33,101 nt of DNA from an uncultured Coriobacteriia bacterium (lineage in GTDB: Bacteria > Actinomycetota > Coriobacteriia > Coriobacteriales > QAMH01). Of this stretch, positions 10,572 through 19,154 are shown piece by piece. The translations under genes were made by a program, and so were the position numbers. Position 1 is the first letter of the stretch. Each line of letters starts with the position of its first letter. The stretch covers positions 1 through 33,101 of the forward strand of contig CABURF010000001.1 in NCBI GenBank assembly GCA_902493755.1, in the 5' to 3' direction. The notes under the pieces are model-generated. The model worked only from the letters and a program-made list of their open reading frames with translations, had not been told where the DNA came from and did not search any database.

Positions 10572-11201
10572 ATTTAGCTGTTCCTTTTCATCATTTATGG
10601 AAACCGGCAGTTATCCACAAACAAAACCACCATTGACAAGAGGTTAGAGTAGCAAATAACCGCACGAAACCAAATTTTTACCACACTAAATGAAAAACTC
10701 TTCACATAGTTTATCAGGTGTTTTCATAGTTATACACATTATTTTCCACCTATGTTGATAAATCAGGGAAAATTGAAAAAAGTAATGGTGAAAAATGAAT
10801 AAAAAGATGATGTCAAGTTGAAAAACGCAGTACAGAGAAAAAGAATCAATTAGTTTTACACGTACAGATGTTCTTTGATGTGGAAAACTTTTATCCCATT
10901 GAGGAAAGAAGATATTTGTTTCTGGAAAACGGTATGTAAAAAAGAAAAAAGGGAGGAAAAAGGCTAAAAGGATGGGGAAAACACTATATACCTGTGTAGA
11001 AATTAACCACTTATCCACAGTTTCAATAAAGACACGCGCAGAGAATGTGAATAACTTGGGAATAAACCAAAGTGCCTGTTCACGGAGATTTATAGTGATT
11101 GAATTGAGTCGTAAAAAATCCTTGACTCGCCATTCTTAACCATATTACAATTTTGAAGCTTATCGAGAAGTATAAGGGAGTTTCCCTTAGGAGGAATTGT
11201 A
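10572..11201. promoter_or_regulatory. oriC part 1: AT-rich DnaA-box cluster between the ATPase-wHTH gene and rpmH
   Basis: Perfect TTATCCACA boxes lie at 10611-10619 and 11011-11019. One-mismatch boxes are TTATACACA (10730-10738), TGTGGAAAA (10879-10887) and TGTGAATAA (11046-11054). A purine-rich tract spans about 10938-10981. A possible rpmH promoter is TTGACT (11122-11127) / TACAAT (11146-11151). Confidence 0.8.
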
Positions 11202-11336
11202 ATGAAGCGTACATATCAGCCCAATAAACGTAAACGCGCAAAATGTCATGGTTTTCGCTCTCGTATGGCTACGCGTGGTGGTCGTAACGTTCTCAAGGCC
11301 CGTCGCGCAAAGGGCCGTAAGTGTCTGACGGTCTAG
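11202..11336 (+). CDS. rpmH: 50S ribosomal protein L34
   Basis: 44-codon ORF, below the ORF-track cutoff, read by hand: [50 protein letters not shown] lies 7 nt upstream. It sits in the canonical position upstream of rnpA. Confidence 0.95.
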   Translation: MKRTYQPNKRKRAKCHGFRSRMATRGGRNVLKARRAKGRKCLTV

Positions 11337-11375
11337 TACTGATTTCAGTCAGCTCATCTTGAGGACTGACGCCCA

Positions 11376-11714
11376 ATGAAGGGCACGATCAAGAGTAAAG
11401 AGGATGTGGAGCGTCTCTTCTCACGGGGGAGGCGCTCTACTTCGTCTTCTATGACAATTCTTGTTTGTGAGAATGAGACAGGAACTGTTGGCAGGTGTGC
11501 TTTTATAGCTGGCAAAAAGCTTGGTCCTGCCCCCTTCAGAAGCCGGTGTAAACGCGTTATGCGTGAGGTAGCCCGTAGTCTTGGTGCTCCATGGGAGGGA
11601 TTTGATGTTGCATTCCTTGCCAAAAAACCTGTCGCTTATAAAAACCACGAGGAGATAGTTGAACAGGCGAGAAAGGGCCTTCTCAAACTAGGGGTCATGG
11701 ATGAGTGCAGGTAA
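11376..11714 (+). CDS. rnpA: Ribonuclease P protein component
   Basis: 112-aa basic ORF directly after rpmH, with synteny rpmH-rnpA-yidD-yidC. Confidence 0.88.
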   Translation: MKGTIKSKEDVERLFSRGRRSTSSSMTILVCENETGTVGRCAFIAGKKLGPAPFRSRCKRVMREVARSLGAPWEGFDVAFLAKKPVAYKNHEEIVEQARKGLLKLGVMDECR

Positions 11715-11949
11715 AGCCATACACTGCTTTGGTATGATTCCACGACGTGTGGCACTCGCTCTGGTGGGCTTTTACCGGAAATATATATCTCCGATGTTTC
11801 CTCCTTCCTGCCGGTACGTGCCTACCTGCTCCGAATACGCTATGATTGCACTTCAACGCTACGGTTTTATCAAGGGTTCATGGATGGCGATTAAAAGAAT
11901 CTGTCGCTGTCATCCTTGGCATCCAGGTGGATATGATCCGGTACCGTGA
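11701..11949 (+). CDS. yidD: Membrane protein insertion efficiency factor YidD
   Basis: Contains [58 protein letters not shown], the conserved YidD Cys pattern. It overlaps rnpA by 14 nt. Confidence 0.92.
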   Translation: MSAGKAIHCFGMIPRRVALALVGFYRKYISPMFPPSCRYVPTCSEYAMIALQRYGFIKGSWMAIKRICRCHPWHPGGYDPVP

Positions 11950-11983
11950 TTTGTGATTACTATCCGTCGAGAGGTTAGTATTT

Positions 11984-12754
11984 ATGTGGGATGGAATTCT
12001 TAACGGCTGTGCAGCCGCGCTCTACGAACTCGCCAAACTTGTGGGCGACTGGGGTCTTGCGATTATCATCGTAACTCTTATCATCCGTCTGCTTCTCTTC
12101 CCTATCCAGAGGAAGCAGCTCAAATCCAGTTTTCAAATGCAACAGGTACAGCCAAGAATGCAGGAGATTCAGACACTGTATGCTGGCGACCAGATTAAGA
12201 TTCAACAGGAGATGCAGAAGCTCTACCAGGAGACGGGGTTCAACCCTCTTGCTGGTTGCTTGCCGATGCTCATTCAGATGCCCATCTTCATCATCCTGTT
12301 CCAGGTGTTGCGCGACAAGATTGGACAGTATGCTGGCGGAGAGCTTTCCGTTAGTTTCTACAATATTCTGCCGAATCTAACTCAAACGGTACCTGATGCT
12401 TTTAATCAGGATATTGTTTACTCCATTCCATACATTGTCATGATGCTTTTGTTCATCGGCTTGTCCGTTACACCCATGATTTTGCAGATGAAGCAAAATC
12501 CTCAGAACAGAAGTCAAATGACCATGATGATGGGCATCATGGGTATTATGTTTACCTGGATGGCCTTTATTTCGCCTGCTGGCGTTATGCTGTATTGGGC
12601 ACTTTCTTCCGGATTTGCGCTCGCACAGCAGCTTATTACACAGCGTGTTCTCAAGAAAGAAGCTGCGGAAAAGGAAGAAGCAGCTCCCGCTAAGCCCATT
12701 AAAGTTAATGTAGAGCGTCGTGAAAAGAAAAAACGCCCTACTAAGAAACACTAA
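11984..12754 (+). CDS. yidC: Membrane protein insertase YidC (short Gram-positive type)
   Basis: 256-aa multi-TM ORF with LFPIQRKQLKSSFQMQQVQPRMQEIQ...GFNPLAGCLPMLIQMPIFI, typical of YidC/Oxa1, and a basic C-terminal tail. Confidence 0.92.
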   Translation: MWDGILNGCAAALYELAKLVGDWGLAIIIVTLIIRLLLFPIQRKQLKSSFQMQQVQPRMQEIQTLYAGDQIKIQQEMQKLYQETGFNPLAGCLPMLIQMPIFIILFQVLRDKIGQYAGGELSVSFYNILPNLTQTVPDAFNQDIVYSIPYIVMMLLFIGLSVTPMILQMKQNPQNRSQMTMMMGIMGIMFTWMAFISPAGVMLYWALSSGFALAQQLITQRVLKKEAAEKEEAAPAKPIKVNVERREKKKRPTKKH

Positions 12755-12769
12755 AGTAGAGGATGCACT

Positions 12770-13345
12770 ATGAGTGAGGAATTTGAGGTCGAAGAGGGGC
12801 TCGAAATTGAAGAGTCCGTCGATATTGATGATGAAGGCAATGTTGACGAGCACATCACTGAAGAAGCCGAAGTGCGCAGCGAAGAAGATCTTGATGAGGT
12901 CGCAGATACCGCAATAGAGGTTTTGCGCACGATTCTCGCCCACTTTGATGCCGAGGGAGCCGAGATCAACGAGTATGAGGGTGATGAGCAGGAAATCATC
13001 CTTGATGTTGTTGGTGGCGATCTTGCTATTCTCATTGGCAGAAGAGGTCATACGCTCGATGCCATCCAAACGCTTGTTTCCAATATAACCAACCGCAAGC
13101 TTGGTTATAGATATCCCATCACTATCGATATAGAGAGCTATAAGCATAGGCAGCGCCAAAAGATTGAATCTCTCGCGTATTCTGCTGCCTCACGTGCTGA
13201 TCGTCAGGATAGGGAAGTAAGTTTACGCCCCATGAATCCCTATGAGCGACGACTCGTGCACATGGCTCTTCGTGACGACGAGCGTGTTGAGACCTACTCT
13301 GTTGGGGAAGAGCCGAACAGGCACGTTGTTGTAGCTCCCGCATGA
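12770..13345 (+). CDS. jag: Jag/KhpB RNA-binding protein (KH + R3H domains)
   Basis: Acidic N-terminus, and a C-terminus with LRPMNPYERRLVHMALRDDERVETYSVGEEPNRHVVV (R3H). Synteny is yidC-jag-rsmG. Confidence 0.85.
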   Translation: MSEEFEVEEGLEIEESVDIDDEGNVDEHITEEAEVRSEEDLDEVADTAIEVLRTILAHFDAEGAEINEYEGDEQEIILDVVGGDLAILIGRRGHTLDAIQTLVSNITNRKLGYRYPITIDIESYKHRQRQKIESLAYSAASRADRQDREVSLRPMNPYERRLVHMALRDDERVETYSVGEEPNRHVVVAPA

Positions 13346-14013
13346 TTTTCGATACGCTTGATATAGAAAAACAACAGCAGATACAAGCGTATCTCACATT
13401 AGTCATAGAAAAGAATAAAGAACTCAATCTGACAAGGATTGATACAGAAGAAAAGGGAATGCTTCTCCATATAGAAGATTCCCTTTCTTGTCTTGAGGAG
13501 TTTTCACATCAAGAGGGGAATTTCCTCGATATTGGCACAGGAGGGGGATTTCCAGGTGTTCCCCTGGCAATTGCAACAGGGCGAACAGGTGTTCTTATCG
13601 ATTCGGTACAGAAAAAAGCAAAAGCTGTGCAAGAGATGATTGATAAGCTTGATTTAGGTGATCAGATCAAAGCACGGGGCCTAAGGAGTGAAGATTTAGC
13701 TCGTGAGGTAGGGGAGCGCTTTACAACAGTGATTGCACGTGCTGTATCTTCTCTTCCTGTTGTAATGGAACTTGCGACACCTCTTTTGCTTCCGGGAGGG
13801 GAGCTCATAGCCCTTCGTGGAAAGGAAGAGGAACAAACTCCCGAGCAGCTCGAAGAGGTTGCAGAAAAGCTTGGTCTTGAACTTGTTTCGAAAAGGCATA
13901 TATATATTAGTGAGGTATACGAGAGGAACATATATGTATATAGGAAAACAAGACCAGCTCGTATTAAGTTGCCTCGAAGAAATGGCATAGCTCAAAAGAA
14001 ACCTCTTGGTTAA
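13342..14013 (+). CDS. rsmG: 16S rRNA (guanine527-N7)-methyltransferase RsmG
   Basis: FLDIGTGGGFPGVPLAI SAM-binding motif. ATGA overlap with jag. Sits in the canonical position before parA. Confidence 0.9.
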   Translation: MIFDTLDIEKQQQIQAYLTLVIEKNKELNLTRIDTEEKGMLLHIEDSLSCLEEFSHQEGNFLDIGTGGGFPGVPLAIATGRTGVLIDSVQKKAKAVQEMIDKLDLGDQIKARGLRSEDLAREVGERFTTVIARAVSSLPVVMELATPLLLPGGELIALRGKEEEQTPEQLEEVAEKLGLELVSKRHIYISEVYERNIYVYRKTRPARIKLPRRNGIAQKKPLG

Positions 14014-14029
14014 GCTAGAACTCCTTCCA

Positions 14030-14045
14030 TGTTTCACGTGAAACA
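14030..14045. promoter_or_regulatory. parS centromere site (perfect palindromic consensus)
   Basis: TGTTTCACGTGAAACA matches the canonical 16-bp ParB-binding parS palindrome exactly. It lies upstream of parAB. Confidence 0.92.
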
Positions 14046-14066
14046 TTGACGTGATGTGATTCAATC

Positions 14067-14082
14067 TGTTTCACGTGAAACA
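14067..14082. promoter_or_regulatory. parS centromere site (perfect palindromic consensus), second copy
   Basis: TGTTTCACGTGAAACA, exact, starting 37 bp after the first copy starts (21-bp gap) and 79 bp upstream of the parA start. Confidence 0.92.
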
Positions 14083-14160
14083 CAAGGAGGAAGTAGTGTA
14101 TATTAGATACAAGGTCAGTTTCCTTTAAATATCGATTGAAGATCTACAGAGAGGGACGAC

Positions 14161-14976
14161 GTGAATTTCAAAGAAGCAAAAAGAAAAGACGAATCAAAGG
14201 AACCGTTGGTTCTTGCTGTCATTAATCAAAAGGGCGGCGTTGGTAAATCAACTACCGCGGTAAACCTTGGCGCGGCATTGGGAGAGAAGAACTATAAGGT
14301 ACTTCTTGTTGACCTTGATGCACAGGGTAATGCCACAACAGGTGTTGGCTATGATAAGACTCAATGTGAGCTGAGTACATATAACTGCCTTGTAGATGAT
14401 AATGTTTCAACGAAAGATGCAGTTAGTGAAATTGATACCAAAAACATGTGGCTGCTTCCTGCAACGATTGATCTTGCTGGTGCAGAGACGAAGCTTGTCG
14501 ATGAAATTGCACGCGAATTTCGTTTAAATGATGCGCTTAATGAAATCAAGGATGATTTTGACTTCATTCTTGTCGATTGTCCCCCGTCTTTGGGTTTGTT
14601 AACAATAAATGCACTTGCGGCTGCAAACCAGCTCATCATTCCCATTCAGTGTGAGTTCTACGCACTCGAAGGTTTGTCAAAAATCATTGATTCAATGAAT
14701 ATGGTCAAAAAGCGCATTAATCCGAAACTTGATGTCTTTGGTGTAGTTATCACGATGTACGACAAGAGGACGACACTTTCCAAGGATGTTGCGAGCGAAG
14801 TTGAGAACGTGTTTGGAGACAAGGTCTTCAAAACACGTATTCCACGTACAGTACGCATTTCGGAGGCACCAAGTTACGGCGAGCCAATTACTGAGTACGA
14901 TTCAAGTGGCAAAGGTGCCGAGGCGTACAGAGACCTGGCAAAGGAAGTTGTTAAGCGTTACAAGAAACTCAGCTGA
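14161..14976 (+). CDS. parA: Chromosome partitioning ATPase ParA/Soj
   Basis: Deviant Walker A (NQKGGVGKSTTAVNLG), DLDAQGN and VDCPPSLG. GTG start preceded by GAGAGGGA. Confidence 0.95.
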   Translation: MNFKEAKRKDESKEPLVLAVINQKGGVGKSTTAVNLGAALGEKNYKVLLVDLDAQGNATTGVGYDKTQCELSTYNCLVDDNVSTKDAVSEIDTKNMWLLPATIDLAGAETKLVDEIAREFRLNDALNEIKDDFDFILVDCPPSLGLLTINALAAANQLIIPIQCEFYALEGLSKIIDSMNMVKKRINPKLDVFGVVITMYDKRTTLSKDVASEVENVFGDKVFKTRIPRTVRISEAPSYGEPITEYDSSGKGAEAYRDLAKEVVKRYKKLS

Positions 14977-14990
14977 AACGGAGGACGCTC

Positions 14991-15851
14991 ATGGCTACGA
15001 AAAAAGGCGGACTTGGAAAGGGTCTAAGCGCACTCATTGCAGATGCGTCAATAGAGTCTGGAAGTGGAAGCGAAAGTGAAAATACACAAGAAGAGCTTCT
15101 GATAACGCAGATTCAACCGAATCCTGATCAACCGCGTAAGGTCTTTGACGAAGAAGAGCTTGCAAACCTTGCAGACTCCATTCGTAAAGAGGGTCTTTTA
15201 CAGGCGATTATCGTACGTCCTAAAGATGGTATGTATCAGATTGTTGCAGGTGAAAGACGTTGGCAGGCGAGTAAAATAGCCGGTCTCGAGTCTGTTCCCG
15301 TACACATTATCGAAATGGACGATGAGCAGGCTCTTAGAATTGCTCTTGTCGAGAACCTTCAACGTTCCGACCTGAACGCAATAGAAGAGGCTCGTGGATA
15401 CAAGGACTTGATGGCACGAGGCGGTCTGACGCAAGCAGAACTTGCCGCTGCGGTATCAAAATCGCGCTCTGCCGTTGCAAATTCGCTTCGACTTCTCGAT
15501 TTGCCGCAGCAAATCCAGGATTATGTATATGATGGTGCCCTTACCGCCGGTCATGCGCGCGCCATTCTCTCCATTCCCGAAGAGGAGAAGCGCACGAATC
15601 TTGCAGATAAGATCATTGCCGAGCATTTGACCGTGCGAGACGCCGAGAACATCGCTCGTCTTGTTGCTTCTGGTACGAGCGAGCGTGCAAAACGTGTCCC
15701 GTTGCCGCGTACATACAAGCTTGTCGCGAAGGAACTGCGCCACGAGCTTGATACGCAAGTGCGCATCAAGTCCTCACGGGGCAAGAACAAGATTGAGATC
15801 GAATTTAAAGACGAAGATGACTTGCAGAGGATCTTCAACCTGATTCGGTAA
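14991..15851 (+). CDS. parB: Chromosome partitioning protein ParB/Spo0J
   Basis: ParB boxes PNPDQPRK, GERRWQAS and LVENLQRSDLN, with an HTH region. It starts 14 nt after parA. Confidence 0.95.
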   Translation: MATKKGGLGKGLSALIADASIESGSGSESENTQEELLITQIQPNPDQPRKVFDEEELANLADSIRKEGLLQAIIVRPKDGMYQIVAGERRWQASKIAGLESVPVHIIEMDDEQALRIALVENLQRSDLNAIEEARGYKDLMARGGLTQAELAAAVSKSRSAVANSLRLLDLPQQIQDYVYDGALTAGHARAILSIPEEEKRTNLADKIIAEHLTVRDAENIARLVASGTSERAKRVPLPRTYKLVAKELRHELDTQVRIKSSRGKNKIEIEFKDEDDLQRIFNLIR

Positions 15852-15865
15852 ACACCGAAGACATA

Positions 15866-16912
15866 TCATTTTTCAACACGTTGACGGAGCTGACCACAGG
15901 CTCCGTCAATGTCTTTTCCACGGGATTTTCTCATGGAATTCTCGATGCCATGAGCGCTTAATTCATGTGCGATATATTCGGTTCGTTTTGACGGCATAAG
16001 CATGCCATCAAGCTCTTGACCTGGGATTATTGGGTTCAATGGAATAACGTTAACATGACATAGCATACCCTTGCAAAAATCGATCAGAGCAGCGATATGT
16101 TCATCGCTGTCGTTCGCACCCTCGATAGGAGCGTATTCGAGCGAAGGACGACGCTTGGTGGTTTCGCCATAGCACTTGATTGCCTGGCGGAGCTCCTCTA
16201 GAGAGACGCTTGCGACGCCTGGCATAAGAACATCGCGTGTTTCCTGAATGGCTGCATGCAGGGAAACGGCAAGGGTGAATTGCTCAGGTTCTTGGGAAAA
16301 GCGCCGTATGCCATCGAGTAGACCGCAGGTGGATACGGTGATGTGTCGTGCTCCAATACCCAAACCAACTTTTGCGTTCATGCGGCGCAAGGCCTCAAGA
16401 ACGGCATCGTAATTAAGAAAGGGTTCGCCTTGACCCATGCAGACTACGTTGGTCACGCGCATATCAAAGTCCTTGGCAACATACATGACCTGGTCGTACA
16501 TCTCGCCACTTGTGAGGTTGCAGGTAAAACCAGAGCGTCCTGTCGCGCAGAAGCTGCACCCCATGGGACAGCCGGCTTGTGAAGAGAAACAGACCGTTAG
16601 ACGCTCGTCATCGGAAGAGGGAATTCCCACGGTTTCCACGTATGCGCCACTGGGAATCTCGAAGAGGTACTTCCTCGTTCCGTCTTGGGAAACCTGACTC
16701 GTAACGAGTTTGAGGGAGCCGATAAAGAAGCGCTCATCAAGCTGAGAGCGGAGGCTCTTGGGCATATTATCCATGTCAGAGATAAATAGGCAGCCCCGTA
16801 CGTATAACCATTCTTCGAGCTGCTTGACGCGGTAGCGGGGCTGCCCGAACTCTTTCACGAGTTCTTCGAGCTCGTGGTGACTGAGCGATTTGATGTCGCG
16901 TTTTGCTTCCAT
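15866..16912 (-). CDS. rlmN: 23S rRNA/tRNA (adenine-C2)-methyltransferase RlmN (radical SAM)
   Basis: 348 aa with N-terminal ELVKEFGQPRYRVKQLEEWLY and a radical-SAM CPMGCSFCATG. The C-terminal GKDIDGACGQL carries the conserved Cys. Confidence 0.92.
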   Translation of the reverse strand: MEAKRDIKSLSHHELEELVKEFGQPRYRVKQLEEWLYVRGCLFISDMDNMPKSLRSQLDERFFIGSLKLVTSQVSQDGTRKYLFEIPSGAYVETVGIPSSDDERLTVCFSSQAGCPMGCSFCATGRSGFTCNLTSGEMYDQVMYVAKDFDMRVTNVVCMGQGEPFLNYDAVLEALRRMNAKVGLGIGARHITVSTCGLLDGIRRFSQEPEQFTLAVSLHAAIQETRDVLMPGVASVSLEELRQAIKCYGETTKRRPSLEYAPIEGANDSDEHIAALIDFCKGMLCHVNVIPLNPIIPGQELDGMLMPSKRTEYIAHELSAHGIENSMRKSRGKDIDGACGQLRQRVEK

Positions 16913-16996
16913 GAAAACCTCGTCTAGACGCAGTGACAGCCATTACGATACCATTTTGCTCACCATATCGCTTCGATGCACCATGAGAGGCTCAGC

Positions 16997-17959
16997 ATGA
17001 TTACCACCAAGCCGTGTGATCCCGCAGTAACCAAGGTCGTTTTGCTCAAGGGAGGGAAGAGCGACGAGCGTGAGATTTCTCTCAAGTCGGGTGCTGCATG
17101 TGCCGCAGCCCTACGCGAGGAGGGTTTCGATGTCGTAGAGATTGATTCAGCGCAGAGCGATGCCCTCCAGCAAATCATCGATGCCCAACCGACCGTGGTC
17201 TTTCTTGCGCTTCATGGCAAGGGTGGAGAAGATGGTTGTATCCAGGGTGTCTGTGAGCTTCTTGAGGTGCCGTATACGGGTTCGGGCGTTCTCGCAAGCG
17301 CTTTGGCCATGGACAAGGGGCGCTCCAAGGTCATGTACGACTCGGTAGGATTGAAGACGGCTCCTTGGGTCATCGTTCGCTCTGGTGACACTCCTGATGC
17401 TGAAAGGATCATCGGAGAGCTCGGAGAGAAGGTCGTGGTGAAAGCTGCACACGGCGGTTCGTCCATCGGTACCTATATCGTCGAGGGAAAGATAGGGCTT
17501 GCAGAGGCTATCCACAACGCCCTCGAATTCGATGATGAGGTGGTTGTCGAGAGCTTCATCCCCGGTACCGAGACCACGGTGGCGGTGCTCGGCAACGCAC
17601 AGCCCGAGGCGCTTCCCGTCATCGAGATCGTCCCCCAGGGTGACAGCACCTCCTATGACTTCACGGCGAAGTATGCCGCGGGTGGCTCCAAGCACATCAT
17701 TCCCGCGCGTCTCGATGATCGCACAACGGCGGCTTGTCAGGCTGCTGCCCTGCGCGCTCATGAGGTTTTGGGCTGCAAGGGCGTTTCGCGCACGGACATC
17801 ATGGTGGACGAGGCAGGTGAGTGCTGGATTATCGAGACCAACACGCTGCCGGGTATGACATCGACCTCGCTGTTACCCGACACGGCGGGAACGGTGGGGA
17901 TCTCCTTCGGGGCGCTATGCCGCATACTTATCGAACTTGCCCTCGAAGAGCACGCATGA
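16997..17959 (+). CDS. ddl: D-alanine--D-alanine ligase
   Basis: VVLLKGGKSDEREISLKSG, LALHGKGGEDG and IETNTLPGMTSTSLLP (ATP-grasp). The ORF is open from 16976, but the ATG at 16997 has GAGAGG 6 nt upstream. Confidence 0.92.
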   Translation: MITTKPCDPAVTKVVLLKGGKSDEREISLKSGAACAAALREEGFDVVEIDSAQSDALQQIIDAQPTVVFLALHGKGGEDGCIQGVCELLEVPYTGSGVLASALAMDKGRSKVMYDSVGLKTAPWVIVRSGDTPDAERIIGELGEKVVVKAAHGGSSIGTYIVEGKIGLAEAIHNALEFDDEVVVESFIPGTETTVAVLGNAQPEALPVIEIVPQGDSTSYDFTAKYAAGGSKHIIPARLDDRTTAACQAAALRAHEVLGCKGVSRTDIMVDEAGECWIIETNTLPGMTSTSLLPDTAGTVGISFGALCRILIELALEEHA

Positions 17960-18009
17960 GTTTGCTATACTAGCAAACCGCGTCGTCACTGACGCATAAG
18001 CTACAGCGC

Positions 18010-18102
18010 GGAGGGATGTCCGAGTGGCTTAAGGAGCACGATTGGAAATCGTGTGTGCCGTTTAGAGCGGTACCTAGGGTTCAAATCCCTATCCCTCCGC
18101 CA
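18010..18102 (+). tRNA. tRNA-Ser (anticodon GGA), CCA encoded
   Basis: Hand-folded. Acceptor ggaggga/tccctcc, D arm tcc...gga, anticodon stem cacga/tcgtg with loop ttGGAaa, long variable arm, T arm taggg-ttcaaat-cccta, discriminator g, then cca. Confidence 0.9.
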
Positions 18103-18116
18103 GCACGAATCGAGAA

Positions 18117-18144
18117 GGGGTCGCATTGCGACCCCTTTTGTGTT
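18117..18144 (+). terminator. Rho-independent terminator after tRNA-Ser
   Basis: ggggtcgc-att-gcgacccc (8-bp GC-rich stem) followed by ttttgtgtt. Confidence 0.8.
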
Positions 18145-18370
18145 CACATGAAAGGAGCAGCTGATGCACGTATTGGGCTCGCCAGTCGATTGCACCCGAA
18201 GCTCGAAAACGCCCAGCTGCGTGCGGCGACGCGAAGCTAGTCCCTTTAGGGAAACTCGCGCGCAAAGGCGGCGCGCTCAGACAATCCTCGCAAGACCGCT
18301 TCGCGTTTTCTCCGCTTCTGCAATCGGGGCATCGCCCGATACATGCGTCAGCTGCCTCTAAACGCGCCTT

Positions 18371-19090
18371 CTAAACGTTTCCCAACAGCACGTCGTCCAG
18401 GTGTCTGCTGGCGACCTCCTGTGCCCTGTAGAGCGTCTCCAGGGGCGTTGCCGGGCGATCTGCATAACGATATTGCGGGAAGAAGCGCGTGAGGTGTAGC
18501 GGCATGCTCTTGTCGATGCTGGCAAGCCAGACCGCCTGCTTGTTCAGAAGTCCCATGTCGTCGTTGATACCGGGAATGATGAGCGTCGTCACCTCGACAT
18601 GTGCGCTTTCATGTGCTTGCTCGATCGCGTTCTTGACCGTATCGAGCTTGCCTCCCGTGATGTCGTAAACAGATTGATCGAAACCCTTGAGGTCGATGTT
18701 GAAGGCGTCGATGTAGGGCAGAAGCTGCACAAGCTTATCGGGTGCGATGAGACCGTTCGTGACCACGACGTTATCGAGCCCGACATCGTGTATGGCCTGG
18801 GCGCATGCAAGCACCTCGCGCCAGCGCATGAGCGGCTTGTTGTAGGTGTAGGCCAGACCGATGTTCCCCTCGCTCACAAGTACCCGTGCCTGCGCCACAA
18901 GCTCCTCGCCGCTCATATCACGCGCGGGAACGAGCTGTGGGTCCTGTGGCTGGGCAATCTGGTGGTTCTGGCACCAGGGACAATGCATCGTGCAGCCCAC
19001 GCTGCCAACGGACAGGACCATCGAGCCAGGCTTATAGCGAGCCAACGGTTTCTTCTCGATAGGGTCGAAGCCAAGTGATGTGACCTTCAT
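18371..19090 (-). CDS. AmmeMemoRadiSam system radical SAM enzyme (PflA-like activase family)
   Basis: MKVTSLGFDPIEKKPL...GSVGCTMHCPWCQNHQI (CxxxCxxC). AGGAG lies 5 nt upstream of the ATG at 19090. The longer ORF to 19267 runs through an intergenic repeat and the upstream gene's 3' end. It is adjacent to an AMMECR1-containing gene. Confidence 0.85.
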   Translation of the reverse strand: MKVTSLGFDPIEKKPLARYKPGSMVLSVGSVGCTMHCPWCQNHQIAQPQDPQLVPARDMSGEELVAQARVLVSEGNIGLAYTYNKPLMRWREVLACAQAIHDVGLDNVVVTNGLIAPDKLVQLLPYIDAFNIDLKGFDQSVYDITGGKLDTVKNAIEQAHESAHVEVTTLIIPGINDDMGLLNKQAVWLASIDKSMPLHLTRFFPQYRYADRPATPLETLYRAQEVASRHLDDVLLGNV

Positions 19091-19111
19091 GAGATCTCCT
19101 GCAGAGTGACT

Positions 19112-19150
19112 GGGAATGTGACAAATGACCTGTCCACTTGTCACATTCCC
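19112..19150. repeat. Single unit of the GACAAATGACCTGTCC repeat family forming a 13-bp perfect hairpin inside the AmmeMemoRadiSam operon
   Basis: gggaatgtgacaa (19112-19124) pairs perfectly with ttgtcacattccc (19138-19150), with a 13-nt loop atgacctgtccac. It lies between the stop codon at 19155-19157 and the AGGAG of the downstream gene. Confidence 0.9.
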
Positions 19151-19154
19151 TACC

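Noticed and set aside
10686-11018. 110-aa minus-strand ORF inside the AT-rich origin region
   Set aside because: The Phe/Ile-rich product is a by-product of the A+T-rich sequence. The ORF spans DnaA boxes, has no SD, and the region is better explained as oriC.
12377-13159. 260-aa minus-strand ORF overlapping yidC and jag
   Set aside because: It is antisense to two well-supported, syntenic genes. It has no recognisable motifs and an odd composition (F/I/L/N-rich).
14084-14128. Strong SD (AAGGAGG) followed by a GTG-initiated 10-codon mini-ORF (14096-14128) between the second parS and parA
   Set aside because: It is too short to support as a gene from sequence alone and is in a different frame from parA. 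It may be a leader peptide or chance. It is noted only because the SD is stronger than the one in front of parA.
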